From Escherichia coli (GTDB taxonomy: Bacteria > Pseudomonadota > Gammaproteobacteria > Enterobacterales > Enterobacteriaceae), in NCBI RefSeq assembly GCF_003334255.1, contig NZ_QOWU01000274.1: a DNA stretch of 265 nt. One strand, written 5' to 3'. A model generated the notes under the pieces. That model was not told the origin of the DNA. It did no database searches and worked only from the letters and a program-made list of their open reading frames with translations. Positions 1-265 of the stretch are shown here, in pieces; position 1 is the stretch's first letter; every line of letters starts with the position of its first letter. The translations under genes and the position numbers were made by a program.

Positions 1-265
1 GAACTTCTTAACATGCTGGATATTAAAGGAAAAATCATCACAACTGATGCGATGGGTTGCCAGAAAGATATTGCAGAGAAGATACAAAAACAGGGAGGTG
101 ATTATTTATTCGCGGTAAAAGGAAACCAGGGGCGGCTAAATAAAGCCTTTGAGGAAAAATTTCCGCTGAAAGAATTAAATAATCCAGAGCATGACAGTTA
201 CGCAATGAGTGAAAAGAGTCACGGCAGAGAAGAAATCCGTCTTCATATTGTTTGCGATGTCCCTG
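1..265 (+). CDS. ISAs1-family DDE transposase (H-repeat-associated protein, ISEc1-like), internal fragment, partial at both ends
   Basis: Seen in sequence: frame 1 (codons at 1-3, 4-6, ...) is open across the entire window, 88 codons with no stop. The other two + frames are interrupted (TAA at 9-11 in frame 3; TAA at 116-118 in frame 2). All three - strand frames contain stops (for example, forward TTA at 106-108 is a TAA on the reverse strand). Translation: [88 protein letters not shown]. Established knowledge, recalled from memory and not verified by search: this matches the central portion of E. coli H-repeat-associated ISAs1-family transposases (YhhI/YdcC/YbfD/YbfL paralogs). The specific paralog cannot be assigned from 265 bp, so no gene symbol is given. 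True start and stop codons lie outside the window. Confidence 0.85.
1..265 (+). mobile_element. Internal portion of an ISAs1-family insertion sequence (H-rpt / ISEc1-like); element termini are not in the window
   Basis: Inference from the CDS identity: ISAs1-family elements are about 1.2-1.4 kb and carry a single transposase ORF filling most of the element. The window lies entirely inside that ORF, so no inverted repeats or target-site duplications can be seen. The 40% GC (106/265 by hand count) is consistent with a horizontally acquired element in a roughly 51% GC enterobacterial host. Confidence 0.75.

Noticed and set aside
93-100. Shine-Dalgarno-like GGGAGG (93-98) immediately followed by GTG (98-100), which could suggest an internal translation start
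   Set aside because: The GTG overlaps the SD-like motif with no spacer, and no ATG/GTG/TTG lies at the usual 5-10 nt spacing downstream. GTG at 98-100 is in + frame 2, which hits a TAA stop at 116-118 after only six codons, so no nested ORF can start here. The motif is simply the in-frame Gly-Gly codons GGA GGT.
101-145. AT-rich stretches (attatttatt at 101-110; ctaaataaag at 136-145) resembling -10 promoter elements
   Set aside because: They lie inside a continuous coding frame with no matching -35 element at suitable spacing. AT-rich hexamers are expected by chance in a 40% GC coding sequence, so an internal promoter cannot be supported from sequence alone.
27-160. Direct 9-nt repeat aggaaaaat at 27-35 and 152-160
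   Set aside because: It is short, occurs only twice and has no flanking conservation. It reflects Lys/Glu-rich coding (K-G-K-I and E-E-K-F contexts) and is too short and isolated to be a CRISPR repeat, iteron or inverted repeat.
1-265. Possible antisense or overlapping ORFs on the - strand or in + frames 2 and 3
   Set aside because: All five alternative frames contain stop codons within the window (for example TAA at 9-11 and 116-118 on +; reverse-strand stops such as the one at forward TTA 106-108). Only the transposase frame is open throughout.
1-265. The prompt's suggestion that the window contains a previously undescribed biological system
   Set aside because: The sequence is fully accounted for by a well-known insertion-sequence transposase family. 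Nothing in the window is anomalous. Any novelty would have to come from flanking sequence that I cannot see.

Overview
The whole 265-bp window is an internal fragment of one + strand open reading frame (frame 1, 88 complete codons, no stop, truncated at both window edges). Its translation is [89 protein letters not shown] recognise this from memory, not from a search, as the central region of the ISAs1-family DDE transposases known in Escherichia coli as H-repeat-associated proteins (H-rpt / ISEc1-like; the K-12 paralogs include YhhI, YdcC, YbfD and YbfL). GC content by hand count is 106/265 = 40%, below the roughly 51% of an enterobacterial chromosome, which fits a horizontally acquired insertion sequence. 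The window shows no RNA gene, CRISPR array, element terminus or intergenic regulatory region. Despite the prompt, I see no evidence of a novel biological system here: this is a common, multi-copy insertion-sequence transposase, and anything interesting would lie in flanking sequence that is not visible.
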